Shown one piece after another: positions 37,895 to 50,802 of a stretch of DNA of 64,000 bases. The notes under the pieces are model-generated. The model saw only the letters and a program-made list of their open reading frames with translations. It made no database searches and was not told the origin of the DNA. This stretch comes from Chiloscyllium plagiosum. Its lineage: Eukaryota. The stretch is from assembly GCF_004010195.1 (NCBI RefSeq), contig NC_057754.1, positions 4,651,280 to 4,715,279 of the forward strand, given 5' to 3'. A program made the translations under genes and the position numbers. Within the stretch, counting starts at the first letter, position 1, and each line of letters begins with the position of its first letter.

Positions 37895-38494
37895 ACATAA
37901 ATCTTGGAGTTGGGAGGAGAAAATACTTGAGAGGAAAAGTTCATTGATGGCTAGTGTGTGTACTGGGCAATACATTCTGTCAAGGTTCTAAGTCGGTTTC
38001 TCAGTTTTACACTGGGGTAGCTGATCTTGGCTATAAGCACAATAGATTTCACTGTTAGAGAGGGAGATGTATACTGAAAGGCGCATGAGTTAGTACCTGT
38101 GGTGGGGACAGGGATGTGTGTGAATAGACTCTGTTTCCTCCCAGTCTCTTGGGAGTTATTGTCGTCTGCTTACAGCACTGACAGGACTGAGGGTACCATA
38201 GTTCAATACACAGCATGTGGTTTTTGTGAAGTTCTTATCTCTCCTACAGAAATTCAGTCATGGAACGGATACTATATCTAAACAATTAAGACGCCAGGAA
38301 AACATTTTCATTGAGGTTTACAGCCTCACTTTTAGTGGGGCACAGTAAGGGAACAGGGATTGAAACAAATACTCCGTGCAGTATTTACATAAAATGCAAA
38401 AGATTTATCACAGCTTACTTTCACTTAAGTTTCTTTCACTTGTGACACTTGCAATTTTTCCATCTCAGTGCCAATCAGTCATCACAACATTAGT

Positions 38495-38990
38495 TGGCAA
38501 GATGTTGCGAAACTTGAAAGCATTCAGAAAAGATTTACAAGGATGTTACAGGGTTGGAGAGTTTGAGCTATCCGGAGAGATTTCCCTGGAGCGTCGGAGG
38601 CTGAGGGGTGACCTTACATAAGTTTATAAAATTATGAGGGGCATGGATAGGGTGAATTGTCAAGGTCTTTTCCCCAGGGTGGGGGGGGGTGTAAAACCAG
38701 AGGGCATAGGTTTTTGGTGAGATGGGTAAGATTTAAAAGGGACTTAAGAAGCAACTGTTTCACATAGAGGGCGGTGTGTGTATGGAATGAACTGCCAGAG
38801 GAAGTGGTGGAGGTGGGTATGGTTACAACATTTAAAAGACATCTGGATGAGTACATGAATAGGAAGGATTTAGAGGGATATGGACCCAATGCTGGCAAAT
38901 GGGACTATATTAATTTAAGCTATCTGGTCAGCACAGACAAGTTGAAGCAAAGGGTCTGTTTCCATGCTATACATTTCTATGTCTCTACGA
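38495..38990 (+). mobile_element. HER1/CR1 3' fragment (inverted twin of 29490-29877)
   Basis: Near-identical to the reverse complement of 29446-29877, including flank. Confidence 0.9.
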
Positions 38991-39800
38991 CTCTAGATTC
39001 ACATTTGATAAAGAAGGATTCAGTGATGATAATGCCACCAAATTTTACAAGAATTTTAGATTCTATCTTGTTGGAGATTGTCAATGCCTAGAGAGAAGGC
39101 AGATTAAGGAACATCAGCTGAGAAATGTTGGCTGTATCACGTATGTCATTTAGTGCGGTCATCTGACAATCTTTGTTCGCCACTTTAACAAGCAATCACC
39201 TCTATTATAACAATAGACAGAGTTTTATGCAGAGATGTGAAGTATTCAGTCTATAATACTGAAATAGATAGAGACAGGCTTAATGGTTTTTGGTTGTTTC
39301 TTATGCTGTTATTTGTTTGTTCTGGTACCAGAGAGATTTCACAGCCTGATCAAAACATGACTTTGTCTGGGTCTATGCTTCATATAGCTATAAGATAAGC
39401 TCTTGCTAATATTCCCTCAATCTTTCATACAATCTAAGAACAAGTCAAGAGTGTGAGAGATTTAGTAGAACAGAGCTAATCCCCTGTGATACTCCAACCA
39501 ATGCACTTTATATTCCTCTCAGGTCTGACATTTCATTATATGTTCAGGTAGTTAATTCCAAATCTCTTTTGAACAAAGGCATTTTAATCTATCAGATTTT
39601 TTTAAAAATTATTTCAATCTGAGTCATTTTATTCAACTGTTCTGATTCTGCTTGGTCTGGTATTCTGGGTTAACCTTACCTAATACTTTATAATCTGGTG
39701 GTTGACCACCATTCATTTTACATTCTTCCTCCTCTACACTCTGTTCTGAAAGCTGAGCTAAAATCACTAGGAATTGTACAATGCTACTTGGAAATATACC

Positions 39801-39968
39801 AAGTTAAAAATCACACAACACCAGGTTATAAGTGGTATAACATCAGGTGGTAAGGAGCAGCGCTCCGAAAGCTAATGTGCTTCCAATTAAATCTGTTGGA
39901 CTATAACCTGGTGTTGTGTGATTTTTAACTTTGTACACCCCAGTCCAACACCGGCATCTCCAAATCAT
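39801..39968. mobile_element. Family C palindromic element
   Basis: AAGTTAAAAATCACACAACACCAGGTTATA / TATAACCTGGTGTTGTGTGATTTTTAACTT perfect arms; GGAGCAGCGCTCCGAAAGCTA. Confidence 0.8.
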
Positions 39969-40713
39969 GCCCCTCATGAATTAATAAACCTCTATTCGGT
40001 CATCCCTCAGCCTGACAGACAATATGACTAAAAGAGTCATCGTCCGAGGATATTCATGGAGGGGTATCACAGGGAAGTCACTCCTGTCTCTAACCCAATA
40101 CAGACTGGAGATGCAATCCTCGGTACTGAGTTCAGCTGATATAATCTTCCCAGTCTCACTTAGTTACTGCAGTAGAGACACAGCAGTCTCACTTCAGTTT
40201 GCAAGCAAGTGAGATTTATTTTCCAAACTATGAAAGGCAGACAGGGGCCTGAATATTTTTGTTCATATTTGACTGCCTGATATGGAGGCATTTTCAGCAT
40301 GTGCTCTGACTGATTTCACAGGTTTAATTTTTGTTTTGATTTCAATGGGACAGGTCGAAGTCATTACAGCACCACAGCCTAGGAAGACTCAGATAAATGA
40401 CAGCTGTCAATAACATGGGCTGGTGAAACATAGTTCCGAGAGCAGAAAATGAACTGGGACTGACCATCTCCAGAGTTACATTCTAGGTAATTCCATCCCT
40501 CTGCATAGGGGTATTCCCATTCCTCTTGTCATCCTGTGAGTGGAGACAGACTGTTCAATCCCAAGGGCATTCTGGTTCAATCCTGTCTTCATTTGACATT
40601 CATATACGTTCGTATTGGACATTCATATATGATAGCTTACTGGGCAATCTTTAGGTTAGAAATTCTCCTTACCACCTCAACAAGTTAGTTTAACATTTTT
40701 AGTTTAATGTGTC

Positions 40714-41356
40714 TGTTGTAGACCAGACCAGACCCCCTCAATATACTTTAAGAAGGTAATCTAGACCCTAACTTTTTCTTAATTTATAGGTAAATATGAA
40801 GTGCTGCATTCCAAATGCGATGCGACTGGTCAAGCTACTCGACGTAAAGCAAAACACAATTTATTTAAACAATATAGTTAAAATACAAACAAAAAGCAAG
40901 AAGAATTTAGAATAACTTAACTATTGAAAAACTTAACTGAATCATAGATACTAATTCACTGTTGCAATACAGGAACATCCCATAAACACACCCCTTGGCA
41001 AAAAGGCAAATTCAGGCACAGATTCTTACATGCAGTTCTCCAAGCCAGGAGGAAAAAAACACCAAGAGAAAATTCTGAGGAAGTAGCAGTCAGGAGACAT
41101 TCAATCAAGTGTTCAACTCTTTTGAGATCCCAAACAGCTTCTGATGCTAAAATCAAACACACTAGAAAGCCTGGTTTGTAAGAGCTGGCGACACCCAGGC
41201 TGCTTCCACTGTTTCAACTTTAAAACAAACCCTAAATGTCTCACAATTTATTTGTTTAAGTGGTCTTCAGTAGCCCATTCTGTTCCTCTCCCTTACAATC
41301 TCTCTTCAAAAAGAAACCAGGAGAAAATAACGTTTTAAAGTGACAGCATCATCACA
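40714..41356 (-). mobile_element. Solo LTR
   Basis: TGT...ACA termini; flanks GTGTC/GTGAC; homologous in reverse to 46145-47257. Confidence 0.75.
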
Positions 41357-41584
41357 GTGACGACTTTTTATTTTGTTAGTTTTGTATCTAAACTGTCTCT
41401 CCCTGTAGTTTTGAAATAAATATCTCATTTTTTTCCCCTTGGGCACTTAAGAAATTATTGGAATGTGACTCCTCTGTGGGCTTACTCTGGCAGTTGTACA
41501 ATAGGACTAATCAGACACACCTCAAAGGATACTGTGGCTCGAGACAAAAAGTATTTCTGAATGTAAATTTTTGAAAATAAAGCC

Positions 41585-41930
41585 TGAAAACGGACCCTTC
41601 GGTCCAACTCATCCATGTCAGCCAGACATCCCAATCTGACCTAGTTCCATTTGCAAGCACTTGGCCCATATCCCTCTTAACCCTTCCTATTCACATACCC
41701 ATCCAGATGCCTTTTAAATGTTGTAATTGTACCAGCCTCCACCACTTCCTCTGGCAGGTCATTCCATACACGCAGCACCCTCTGTGGTCCCTTTGGCCCC
41801 TTTTAAATTTTTCCCCTCTCACCTTAAACCTATGCCCTCAACTTTTAGATTTCTCTAAGCTGGGGAAAAAAACCTTGATAATCCACTTGATTCATGCCCC
41901 TCATGATTTTATAAATTTCTGTAAGATCAT
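41585..41930 (-). mobile_element. HER1/CR1 3' fragment
   Basis: DLTEIYKIMRGM and typical 3' UTR. Confidence 0.85.
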
Positions 41931-42484
41931 CCAGATGTTTTAAAAATTTGGACAAATGTAAAGTAACCAATACAAAAATGGATATCTTAAAGTGCAAAAG
42001 TATTGTTTTATTAAAATTGACCGGAAGAAACAACATGTAAGACTCTAATTGGGTGAATGGTTAAGGATCAGTGGCCTGGATTCTGCACAAAGCAGCAAGG
42101 AATGTTGCCTACTATTCATTACGCTGACAGAAATTTTTATGGCTTTTGAGTGGAGGTCTGCTGTCATTGGGTATCTGATCCAGCATAGTGACTTCTGCAA
42201 GGGATTTGTGGCAAGTGTGACCCAGGAAGGCAATGATGTGACTTTCAGACACATCAGGTTGTAGAATCCACAGTGAAACAAGCAGAGTCTAAATCAAGAG
42301 GCATAAATTGGATTGAATAATGAGCGAAATAAAATTTACAAAAAAAACCCAGAATCATAGAGAGGAAGAAATAAAAGGGACGGACAGAAAAGTTTAAACA
42401 TCTCTAACACGGGTTAAGTTTGGAAGGAATGCGTAAAATTTAAACTTGTAACATAAAATTATCAGAGAGATTATTTTATCATTC

Positions 42485-42824
42485 ATAGAATCCCTCCACT
42501 GCAGAAGTAGGCCATTCATCCCATCAAGTCCATACTGACTCTCCAAAGGACATCTCAACCAATCCCCATAATCCTGCATTTCCCATGGCCAATCCCCCCC
42601 AACCACACGACCCTAGATACTACAGGCAATCTAGTACGCCCAATCCCCCCTAACCTGCACATCTTTGGATTGTGGGAGCAAACCAGAGCACCTGGGGGTT
42701 AACACACGCAGACATGGGGAGAACGTGCAAACTGCACACAGACAGTCACCCAGGGCTGGAATCGAACCTGGGTTCCTGGCACTGTGAGGCAGCAGTGCTA
42801 ACCACTGAGCCTCCATGCTGCCCA
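42485..42824 (-). mobile_element. HE1 SINE
   Basis: Full head, V-domain and tail on minus strand. Confidence 0.9.
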
Positions 42825-43324
42825 TTTGATAGCCATGATGTGCATTTGTGAATTCTATAGAAGTTGTTGCTCATTTACACCAAAACATTGAAAGTTGTTA
42901 ACTTCGTTCTCATAGCAAAATCTAAACTGCTAACATTCACGGAATCACAGAATTATTACGGTGCAGGAGGAGGCTATTTGGCCCATCATGCCTGCACCGG
43001 CTCCATGATCTAATCTGGCTCTATTACCTGGTGCCAATTTCTCATATCCCAGCATACGATTACCATCCAAAGCATTACACCAGCCTCAGTTAGTACTGAT
43101 TCTTACCTCAAAATAGAATTTTACAACATTGTTTAATTTTTGTTTTCCAAGCTTAAATTTCTTTTTCATTCAATTTTCCTCCCACCCAATTTGATTCCAT
43201 GCCAAATGGTCTGGACCATAGTTTCTCCATATAGTGGGGGAAAAAAAGGGAATATATATTAGATTAGATTTAATTGTCACGTACTCAAGTACAGTGAAAC
43301 GTGTATGAAGTCACCATTACATAA

Positions 43325-43850
43325 AATCCCCTACAGTGGGAGAGCAGGCCATTTGGCCCATTGAGAGAAAGTGAGGACTGCAGACACTGGAGATCAGAGT
43401 CGAGAGTGTGGTGCTGGAAAAGCACAGCAGGTCAGGCAGCATCCGAGGAGCAGGAGAATCGACGTATCGGGCAAAAGCCCTTTATCAGGAACAACTACTT
43501 TGGTCAGTAGGACTCTCCTGAGGTACTGGGAGCATCTCACATTCTCTAAAGCCTCCTGTTTCCAGCACCACACTCTCAACATTGAGTTCACACCAACCCT
43601 CTGGTGAGCATCCCACTCGTACATTTCCCATGGCTAATCCACACATCCCTGGACACTATGAGGCAATTTAACATGGCCAACCCACCCATCTTTGGGCAGA
43701 CGGAGGAAACCAGAGCACCCAGAGAAAATCTGCACAGAACATGGAAAGAACGTGCAAATTCCATGCAGACAGTCACCTGAAGCTAGAATTGAATCCAGGT
43801 CTCTGGTGCTGTGAGACAGCAGTGCTAACCACTGAGCTACCATGCCACCC
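43325..43850 (-). mobile_element. HE1 SINE interrupted by family A element (43364-43580)
   Basis: HE1 tail and body separated by a GAAAGTGAGGACTGCAG...CCCTTTATCAGG arm plus short inverted arm. Confidence 0.8.
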
Positions 43851-44025
43851 CATTCTCTAATGCCATCTTAAAATGCAAAACCGGAATTCCAAAAAAAATC
43901 AAGAGAAGAAATAAAGGAAACAGAGCCAAAAGAAAAAGAAACGTGTCTAGATCTTGCAGACCTTTTCAAAAAGAGAAGGAAAAACAATCTAGATTTCAAA
44001 AGTTCTAAACAATATCAGACCGTAC

Positions 44026-44094
44026 CTCATCTGTACAGGCACTTCGCAGCCTTCTGGAGTCAACATTGATTTCAACAGTTTCAGGCCATAATCT
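44026..44094 (-). CDS. Candidate exon 3 (69 nt)
   Basis: Pyrimidine-rich acceptor (ttactttcatttatgttcctaatgacag) and GAG|GTACGG donor. Open in frame 0 (RLWPETVEINVDSRRLRSACTDE) and in the +1 frame (DYGLKLLKSMLTPEGCEVPVQM). Confidence 0.6.
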
Positions 44095-44884
44095 CTGTCA
44101 TTAGGAACATAAATGAAAGTAAATAAGTTTTGATTTAATTGACTGAGATACTATAAATTTAATATGTATAAGAAGGAATTTAGTCCGTTGTAATTTTCTG
44201 TGCAATTAATGGTTGACATTGTAAATATATAATCAGTTGTCATTATGAATGATAAATACAACTAAATTAAACAAGTTAATCCTTAACTGACACCTAACGA
44301 TAATTCATTTCAACACATTATAAAACTGGGTCTCATGTCCATTAAAAATTACAGCGCTAACTTTTATATTGAGAAAAACAGCTAGGACCATCTGTTACTT
44401 TGATGGTGAAATCATAAAAGATATTTTTTTTTAAGTCTTTTTTTTAAGCCAGCAGATCTAGACATTTTTTTTGATAAACAGGAAACAGGTCATTTGGGTG
44501 GAATTCTTATCTGAATGTTCCCTCCTGGGAAGAGAATGTAAATTGGTAACAGGAATTGTAGGGGCAGGGGGAGGGGGATCTCAGAAAACGTAGAAGGATC
44601 ACTCAGTGTCTCTGTCGCTCTGGATTGGCAGTAGTCTCTGTTCTCCCTATTTTTGGTCTTTACTATTTCAACTTTGCAAGTTTGAGAGGTTTACTTTTGT
44701 CCTGAATTTTGTGCTCTACTGGTTGAGGAATGTCACAACTCTTTTTTTAAATGCATGCATCCATAGCCTTTTGGGAGTCTCTTTGTTTGAACATTTCGCT
44801 CCTAAATAGCTTATCTCTAATTTTATGTCCCTTTGTTCTTGATTTCCCCCACCAAAGTAGACAGTTCCTCCACAGCTACCCTGG

Positions 44885-45225
44885 CCTCAGTGTTTAGCAC
44901 TGCTGCCTCACAGTGCAAGGGACCCAGGTTCGATCCCAGCCTCGCGGGTCTGTCTGTGTGGAGTTTGCACATTCTCCCCGTGTCTGTGTGGGGTTCCTCC
45001 GGGTGCTCCAGTTTCCTCCCACAATCCAAAGACGTGCAGGTTCGGTGAATTAACCATGTGAAATTGCCCATAGTGTTCAGGGATATGGAGGTTAAGTGCA
45101 TTAGTTAGGGGTAAATGTTGAGCAATAGAGTAGGGGAATAGGTCTGGGTGGGTTACTCTTTGGAGGGTTGGTGCTGACATGTTGGGCCAAATGGCCTGTT
45201 TCCACACTGCAGGGATTCTATGATT
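44885..45225 (+). mobile_element. HE1 SINE
   Basis: GCACTGCTGCCTCACAG...GGTTCGATCCC head and V-domain. Confidence 0.9.
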
Positions 45226-45744
45226 TGTTTATTTTAAGTGTCTTGCTTAAATCTTGCCTCAAGCTCCCATACTCAAAGGAATAAGTGACTTAAATCTTCT
45301 GTGAATTCTCTGCACAAGTTAATCCTCTACATTCCTGTATCATTCTGAATAATGTACTCTGCATTACCAACAAAAATCATGTATCCTTTCCGAGATGCAA
45401 TGTCAAAAATCGATTGAAGTTACTCGAGATGGGATCTGACCATGGTTCTGTTCAACTGAAACATCACTCCCTTGTCTTTGAGTTCCAGTCCTCTTCAGAT
45501 CAAGTAAACAACAGTCCTGCAACTTGCAAGTCATGACATTTGGGTAGCCGTTTCTTCATAGTATTGAGGTGCCTGTGGACAGCAAGGTGACGGTTTTGCA
45601 TATGGTGCAATTCTGATTCTAGTGCCTCTCTTCACTTTTATCTGCAAAATCTTCAGCTATTTTGATCCTTCTATTTTGGATATTCCACCTCAACCACTTG
45701 CCCCTCTTCAAAAGTTAACTTTACAACTCCAAGTACAATCTACA

Positions 45745-46110
45745 TTTTTTATTGACTCGTGGGATGTGGAGATCGCTGGTTGGCCAGCATTTTCTTTTAT
45801 TGCCCATCCCTAGTTGCCCTTGAGAAGATGGTGGTGAGCTGACTTCTTGAAATGCTATAGTCCACCTGCTGTAGGTTGACCCACAATGTCCTTTAGGGAG
45901 GGAATTCCAGGATTTTGACCCAGCGACAGTGAAGGAACAGTGATCTATTTCCAAGTCAGGATGGGGAATGTCTTGGAGGGGAACTTGCAGGGGGTGGTGT
46001 ACCTGTGTATCTGCTGCCCTCGTTCTTTTAAATTGGATTGGTTGTGGGCTGGGAAGGGGTTGTCTAAGGACTTTTGGGAAGTTTATGCAATGCATTTTGC
46101 AGATAGTACC
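45745..46110 (-). mobile_element. Old CR1/L2-type LINE 3' fragment (family shared with 26455-27230 and 55655-56370)
   Basis: SFTVAGSKSWNSLP; 3' tail shared with the old SINE family. Confidence 0.75.
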
Positions 46111-46144
46111 CACTATTTTCATTTCTTAGTCCCCTTGCTGCTAT

Positions 46145-47257
46145 TGTGATGAACCTGTCATTTTAAAAGACTTTTGTCCTGGTTTGTTTTTGAAGCGAGT
46201 CTGTAAGGCAGAGGCACTGACCAGTCTACCAGAACCATTAGAGTAACCAACTTGTGAGACCTTGGGTTTTTCTACAGCCTGAATGGGTGCGGCCAGTTCT
46301 CACAAGCCAGGCTTTCTAGTTTTTTTTACTATCAGAAGCTGTTTGGGGTCTCAGAAGAGTTGGAAATTCCAGTGAATATCTCCCGGCTGCTACTTTCTCT
46401 GAAATTTCTCTTAGTATTTTTTTCTCCTGGATTGGGGAACTGCATGTAAGAATCTGTGTCCGAATTTGCCTTTTTGCCAAGGGGTATGTTTATGGGATGT
46501 TACTGTATTGGAACAGTTCATTAGTAATAGTTACTGTATTTGTTATTTGGTTACGTTTTCCAGTAAAGTTATTCTAAGTTCTTTTTTCTTATGTTTGTAT
46601 TTTAATTTTGCATGCAATTATGGTCTCCCTCCTATTGGAATATTGTGAAACTTGAAAGGGTTTGGAAAAGATTTATAAGGTTGTTGCCTGGGTTGGAAGA
46701 TTTGACTTTCAGAAAGAGGCTGAATAGGCTAGGGCTGTTTTCCCTGGAGTGTCAGAGGCTGAGGGGTGACCTTATAGAGGTTTATAAAATCATGAAGGAC
46801 ATGGTAGGGTAAATAAACAAGATCTTTTCCCAGGGGTGGAGAAGTCCAGAACAAGAGGGCATAGGTTTAGGATGAGAGGGGAAAGATTTAAAAGGGACCT
46901 AAGGGGCAACGTTTTCACGCAGAGGGTGATGCATGTGTGGAATGAGCTGCCAAAGGAAGTGGTGGAGACTGGTACAATTAAAACATTTAAAAGCCATCTG
47001 GATGGGTATATGAATAGGAACGGTTTAGAGGGATATCTGCTGGCATGGACGAGTTGGACCAAAGGGTCTGTTTCTGTGCCCTACATCTCCTTGACTCTGC
47101 AGTGTTTAAATATTGTGTTTTGCTTAACGTCGATTAGTTTGATCAGTCACATCACATCTGGAACATGGCACATCACATCTACCTTTAAGATAAGAAAGGG
47201 CTGGGTGCTGGGCTACATTCTAAAATTTTTTGAGGGGATTTGGTCTAGTCTATAGCA
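46145..47257 (+). mobile_element. Solo LTR (Gypsy-type 4-bp TSD) interrupted by HER1 fragment 46610-47098
   Basis: TG...CA termini; perfect CTAT TSD at 46141-46144 and 47258-47261. Confidence 0.8.
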
Positions 47258-48712
47258 CTATCATTCATTTTGGTGCATCTCATCACTTGAGAGACACATT
47301 TTAAGCGTATGTTACTGTTGGATGGGAACCACTTTACAGCACCCAACTGCAGAACGTAGGAAGCTGACAGTGGCATTGGTTCTGACTCTTAAACTCAGCA
47401 CAACCTGTGAGTTACAAATTTCCTGCTTGTTTTGTGCGAAGTCAGCAGTGTTGGAACTGTGGAGAAAGTGAGGACTGCAGGTGCTGGAGATCAGAGTCGA
47501 AAAGTGTGGTGCTGGAAAAGCACAGGCGGTTCAGGCAGCATCCAAGGAGCAGGAGAGTCGACAAGCTGGAACTGTGCTGAGCTATACCTGGGCTAAGGAG
47601 GAGAAAATCATCCAGGCTTCATGGATATCCAGCCAGGTGGAAAATGCACAGATTAGCTTCAGGTTCAAATGATCAGCTTAGACTCTGACCAAATTCCGTG
47701 ACCAAATAAACAGATTCCTCAATATTTAGGAATTTCAGCAAGACATGGGACTGAGCCAATGTTCATCCAAGAGTACTCTGATCATCTGCACCCATAAGTG
47801 AAGAGAAGAAAAAGGGGAAAAATGGGCAAATGAGGTATTTACCAAGAAATTAAGACTTTTCATAATGCTGCCAGTAGACTTGTCCCATGTGATAGGGTTT
47901 CGCTACAGCCAACCACAGTCTGTTTGATATCTGTTCAGCCAGCATCTGAAAAGGAAAGGTTAATGGTTCAGATGGAGGCCTTTCATCAGAACATATTCAA
48001 CATTTTACTCTTGTTTCAGGTTTCCAATTTGCCTACCGTGTGGAACCATCAATCAAGTTATCTCTACCTACATCACCAAATTTGAAAAGAATTTTCTTGT
48101 TTCCTTTTTCCTTAACCTTCTATCCTTTTACTTTTTCCCATTAATCTATTCCACCTATCATCTATTCTCTCTCTATTCTTTCTACCTTTGTACCATTTTT
48201 TAAAGCACTCTGTTCTTTTCCCAACTCTTCCTCTCACTTCTCCTCACTTTCTCAATCCTTTCTACCCTGTTATATCTCCTGCTCTTTCCATTCCACTCTG
48301 TCATTGGCCTCCCTAATCCTATCCGTCTGCTCTGTGACTGCTTTCTTTTCTGGATGATTGCACTTCCCTAGTTCTGTGGTATTTCTGCAGGTACTTTGTG
48401 GTATTTGCTACCTTAACCAGTGTGGGGTACTAGATGAGGGTTGTTTGAATGAGTTCATTGTTTCCAGTTCCCCTTTCTCTTTGCGTCATCTTGGGGTTAT
48501 CTAGTGATAAAGGATGCACCACAGTAGAGACAAGGCTCTATTCTTAGATAATAAAAAAGCTTATTGCATGATAGCAATAAATACAACTATATTTGTTGAG
48601 TAAGAATTAACTAGGACTTCAGAAAACTGAGACAGATACATCTGCTGCCTCTGAAAGCTAGAACAGATCTCTTTGTCCCTAGGTTTACAAAATAATGAGA
48701 GGAATAGATAGA

Positions 48713-49533
48713 TGTTGTGGTTCTGTTCGCCGAGCTGGAAGTTTTTGTTGCAAACGTTTCGTCCCCTGGCTAGGCGACATCATCAGTGCTTGGGAGCCTC
48801 CTGCGAAGCGCTTCTTTGATGTTTCCTCCGGTGTTTATAGTGGTCTGTCCCTGCCGCTTCCGGTTGTCAGTTTCAGCTGTCCGCTGTAGTGGTTGGTATA
48901 TTGGGTCCAGGTCGATGTGTTTGTTGATGGAGTTTGTGGATGAATGCCATGCCTCTAGGAATTCCCTGGCTGTTCTCTGTCTGGCTTGCCCTATGATAGT
49001 AGTGTTGTCCCAGTCGAATTCATGAGCAAGACGAATGTAGTGTACAAAATACCATGCAAGGACTGCACTAAACACTATATAGGACAAACAGGAAGACAGC
49101 TAACAATCCGCATAATGAACATCAACTAGCCACGAAACGACACGACCAACTATCCTTAGTAGCCACACACGCAGACAACAAGCAACATGAGTTCGACTGG
49201 GACAACACTACTATCATAGGGCAAGCCAGACAGAGAACAGCCAGGGAATTCCTAGAGGCATGGCATTCATCCACAAACTCCATCAACAAACACATCGACC
49301 TGGACCCAATATACCAACCACTACAGCGGACAGCTGAAACTGACAACCGGAAGCGGCAGGGACAGACCACTATAAACACCGGAGGAAACATCAAAGAAGC
49401 GCTTCGCAGGAGGCTCCCAAGCATTGATGATGTTGCCTAGCCAGGGGACGAAACGTTTGCAACAAAAACTTCCAGCTCGGCGATCAGAACCACAACAACG
49501 AGCACCCGAGCTACAAATCTTCGCACAAACTTT
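48713..49533. mobile_element. Young Penelope-like fold-back unit, family D, inserted into a HER1 fragment (48680-49850)
   Basis: Near-perfect ~310-bp inverted arms 48713-49024 and 49186-49497; GIY-YIG NVVYKIPCKDCTKHYIGQTGR in the spacer; TSD GAGGAA(T/C)AGATAGA at 48699-48712 and 49534-49547. Confidence 0.92.
48750..48789 (-). ncRNA. Minimal type I hammerhead ribozyme motif (family D), core intact
   Basis: GCA-CUGAUGA-U-GUCGCCU-AGCC-AGGGGAC-GAAA-C-GUU-UGC: intact core, helix II, palindromic ACGU helix III, GCA/UGC helix I. Confidence 0.75.
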
Positions 49534-50369
49534 GAGGAACAGATAGAGTCATTAGCCAGAGACTTTTCCCTAGGGCAGGATTGACTGGTACGAGAAGTCA
49601 TAGTTTGAAAATATTAGGAGGAAGGTACAAAGGAGACATCAGAGGTAGGTTCTTTACACAGAGAGTTGTGAATGCATGGAATGCATTGCCAGCTGAGGTG
49701 GTGGAAGCGAAGTCATTGGGGACATTTAAGTGACTGCTAGACATGCACATGGATAGCAGTGAGTTGAGGGGTGCGTAGGTTAAGTTACTATATTTTACAT
49801 TAGGATTAAGTCTCGACACAACATCAGGCCTTTTCTTTTCTATGTTCTAATCATAGGCCATGTTTGACATCAACATAATAGGGACAGTCAGTGTAACCTG
49901 ATTGTTAAAACCCCTTCCGTTTCTCTGGCTCTGTCAAATCTCTGTCTGCTCCTTCCGCTTTCTCTTTGCCTTACCTCTTCGATTTTCAGTCTCCATTCCA
50001 GGGTAAGGGAATGTTTAAAAGTGTGAGGGAACTTGGGGTTTTCTCAACCATTGCTGACACTGAGCAGCAAAAGATCTGTCATTCCTCGCTGGTGTACATT
50101 GTGCAGCTGTTCCCTGGGTTACATAGATATGTAATTACTTTACATTTGCACTGTACACATTCTCCGTCTGGGAATCTAATATCACAGCCGAATGTGCCAA
50201 GAAGCAATCCCATTCCTTGGCAATGCTTATGAAGCACTCGCAGCTACAGAAGCTGATGTGAAGTTTGTTGATATTTTCTGTCCATTTGCTTTTTGAGGAA
50301 TTGTGTAAGCGATTATGAAAAGAGTCGAATGATCTGGTCTATGTTGTGTGTTTAACTGTCCCATGGATT

Positions 50370-50760
50370 TATAGTCATGCAGCACGGAAACAGACCCTTC
50401 GGTCCAACCAGTCCATGCTGAACATTGTCCCAAACAAAACTAGTTCTGCCTGCCTGCTCCTGGCCCATATCTCCCCATACCTTTCCTATTCATGTACATT
50501 CCTAAGTGTCTTTTAAACATTGTAACTGTGCCTGCATTCCACCGCTTTCTCAAGAAGTTTGTTACACATGTGAACCACCCTCTATCTAAAACATTTGCCC
50601 CCATGTCTTTTTTAATCTCTCAGCTCTCACCTTAACAATGTGCCTCCGATTGTTGAAATCCCCCATCCAAGGGAAAAGACACCTACCATTAACCCTACCT
50701 ATACCCCTCCAGATTTTATAAACCTCTGTAAGGTCACCTTTCAACCTCCTAAGCTCCAGG
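50370..50760 (-). mobile_element. HER1/CR1 3' fragment
   Basis: LELRRLKGDLTEVYKIWRGIGRVN. Confidence 0.85.
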
Positions 50761-50802
50761 ATTAGCGACATTTTTCTTCAAAAGTAGAGTATGAGGCAAT
50801 TT

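Noticed and set aside
40714..47257. The two related LTRs as ends of one provirus
   Set aside because: They are in opposite orientation, each has its own flanking duplication, and no gag/pol lies between them.
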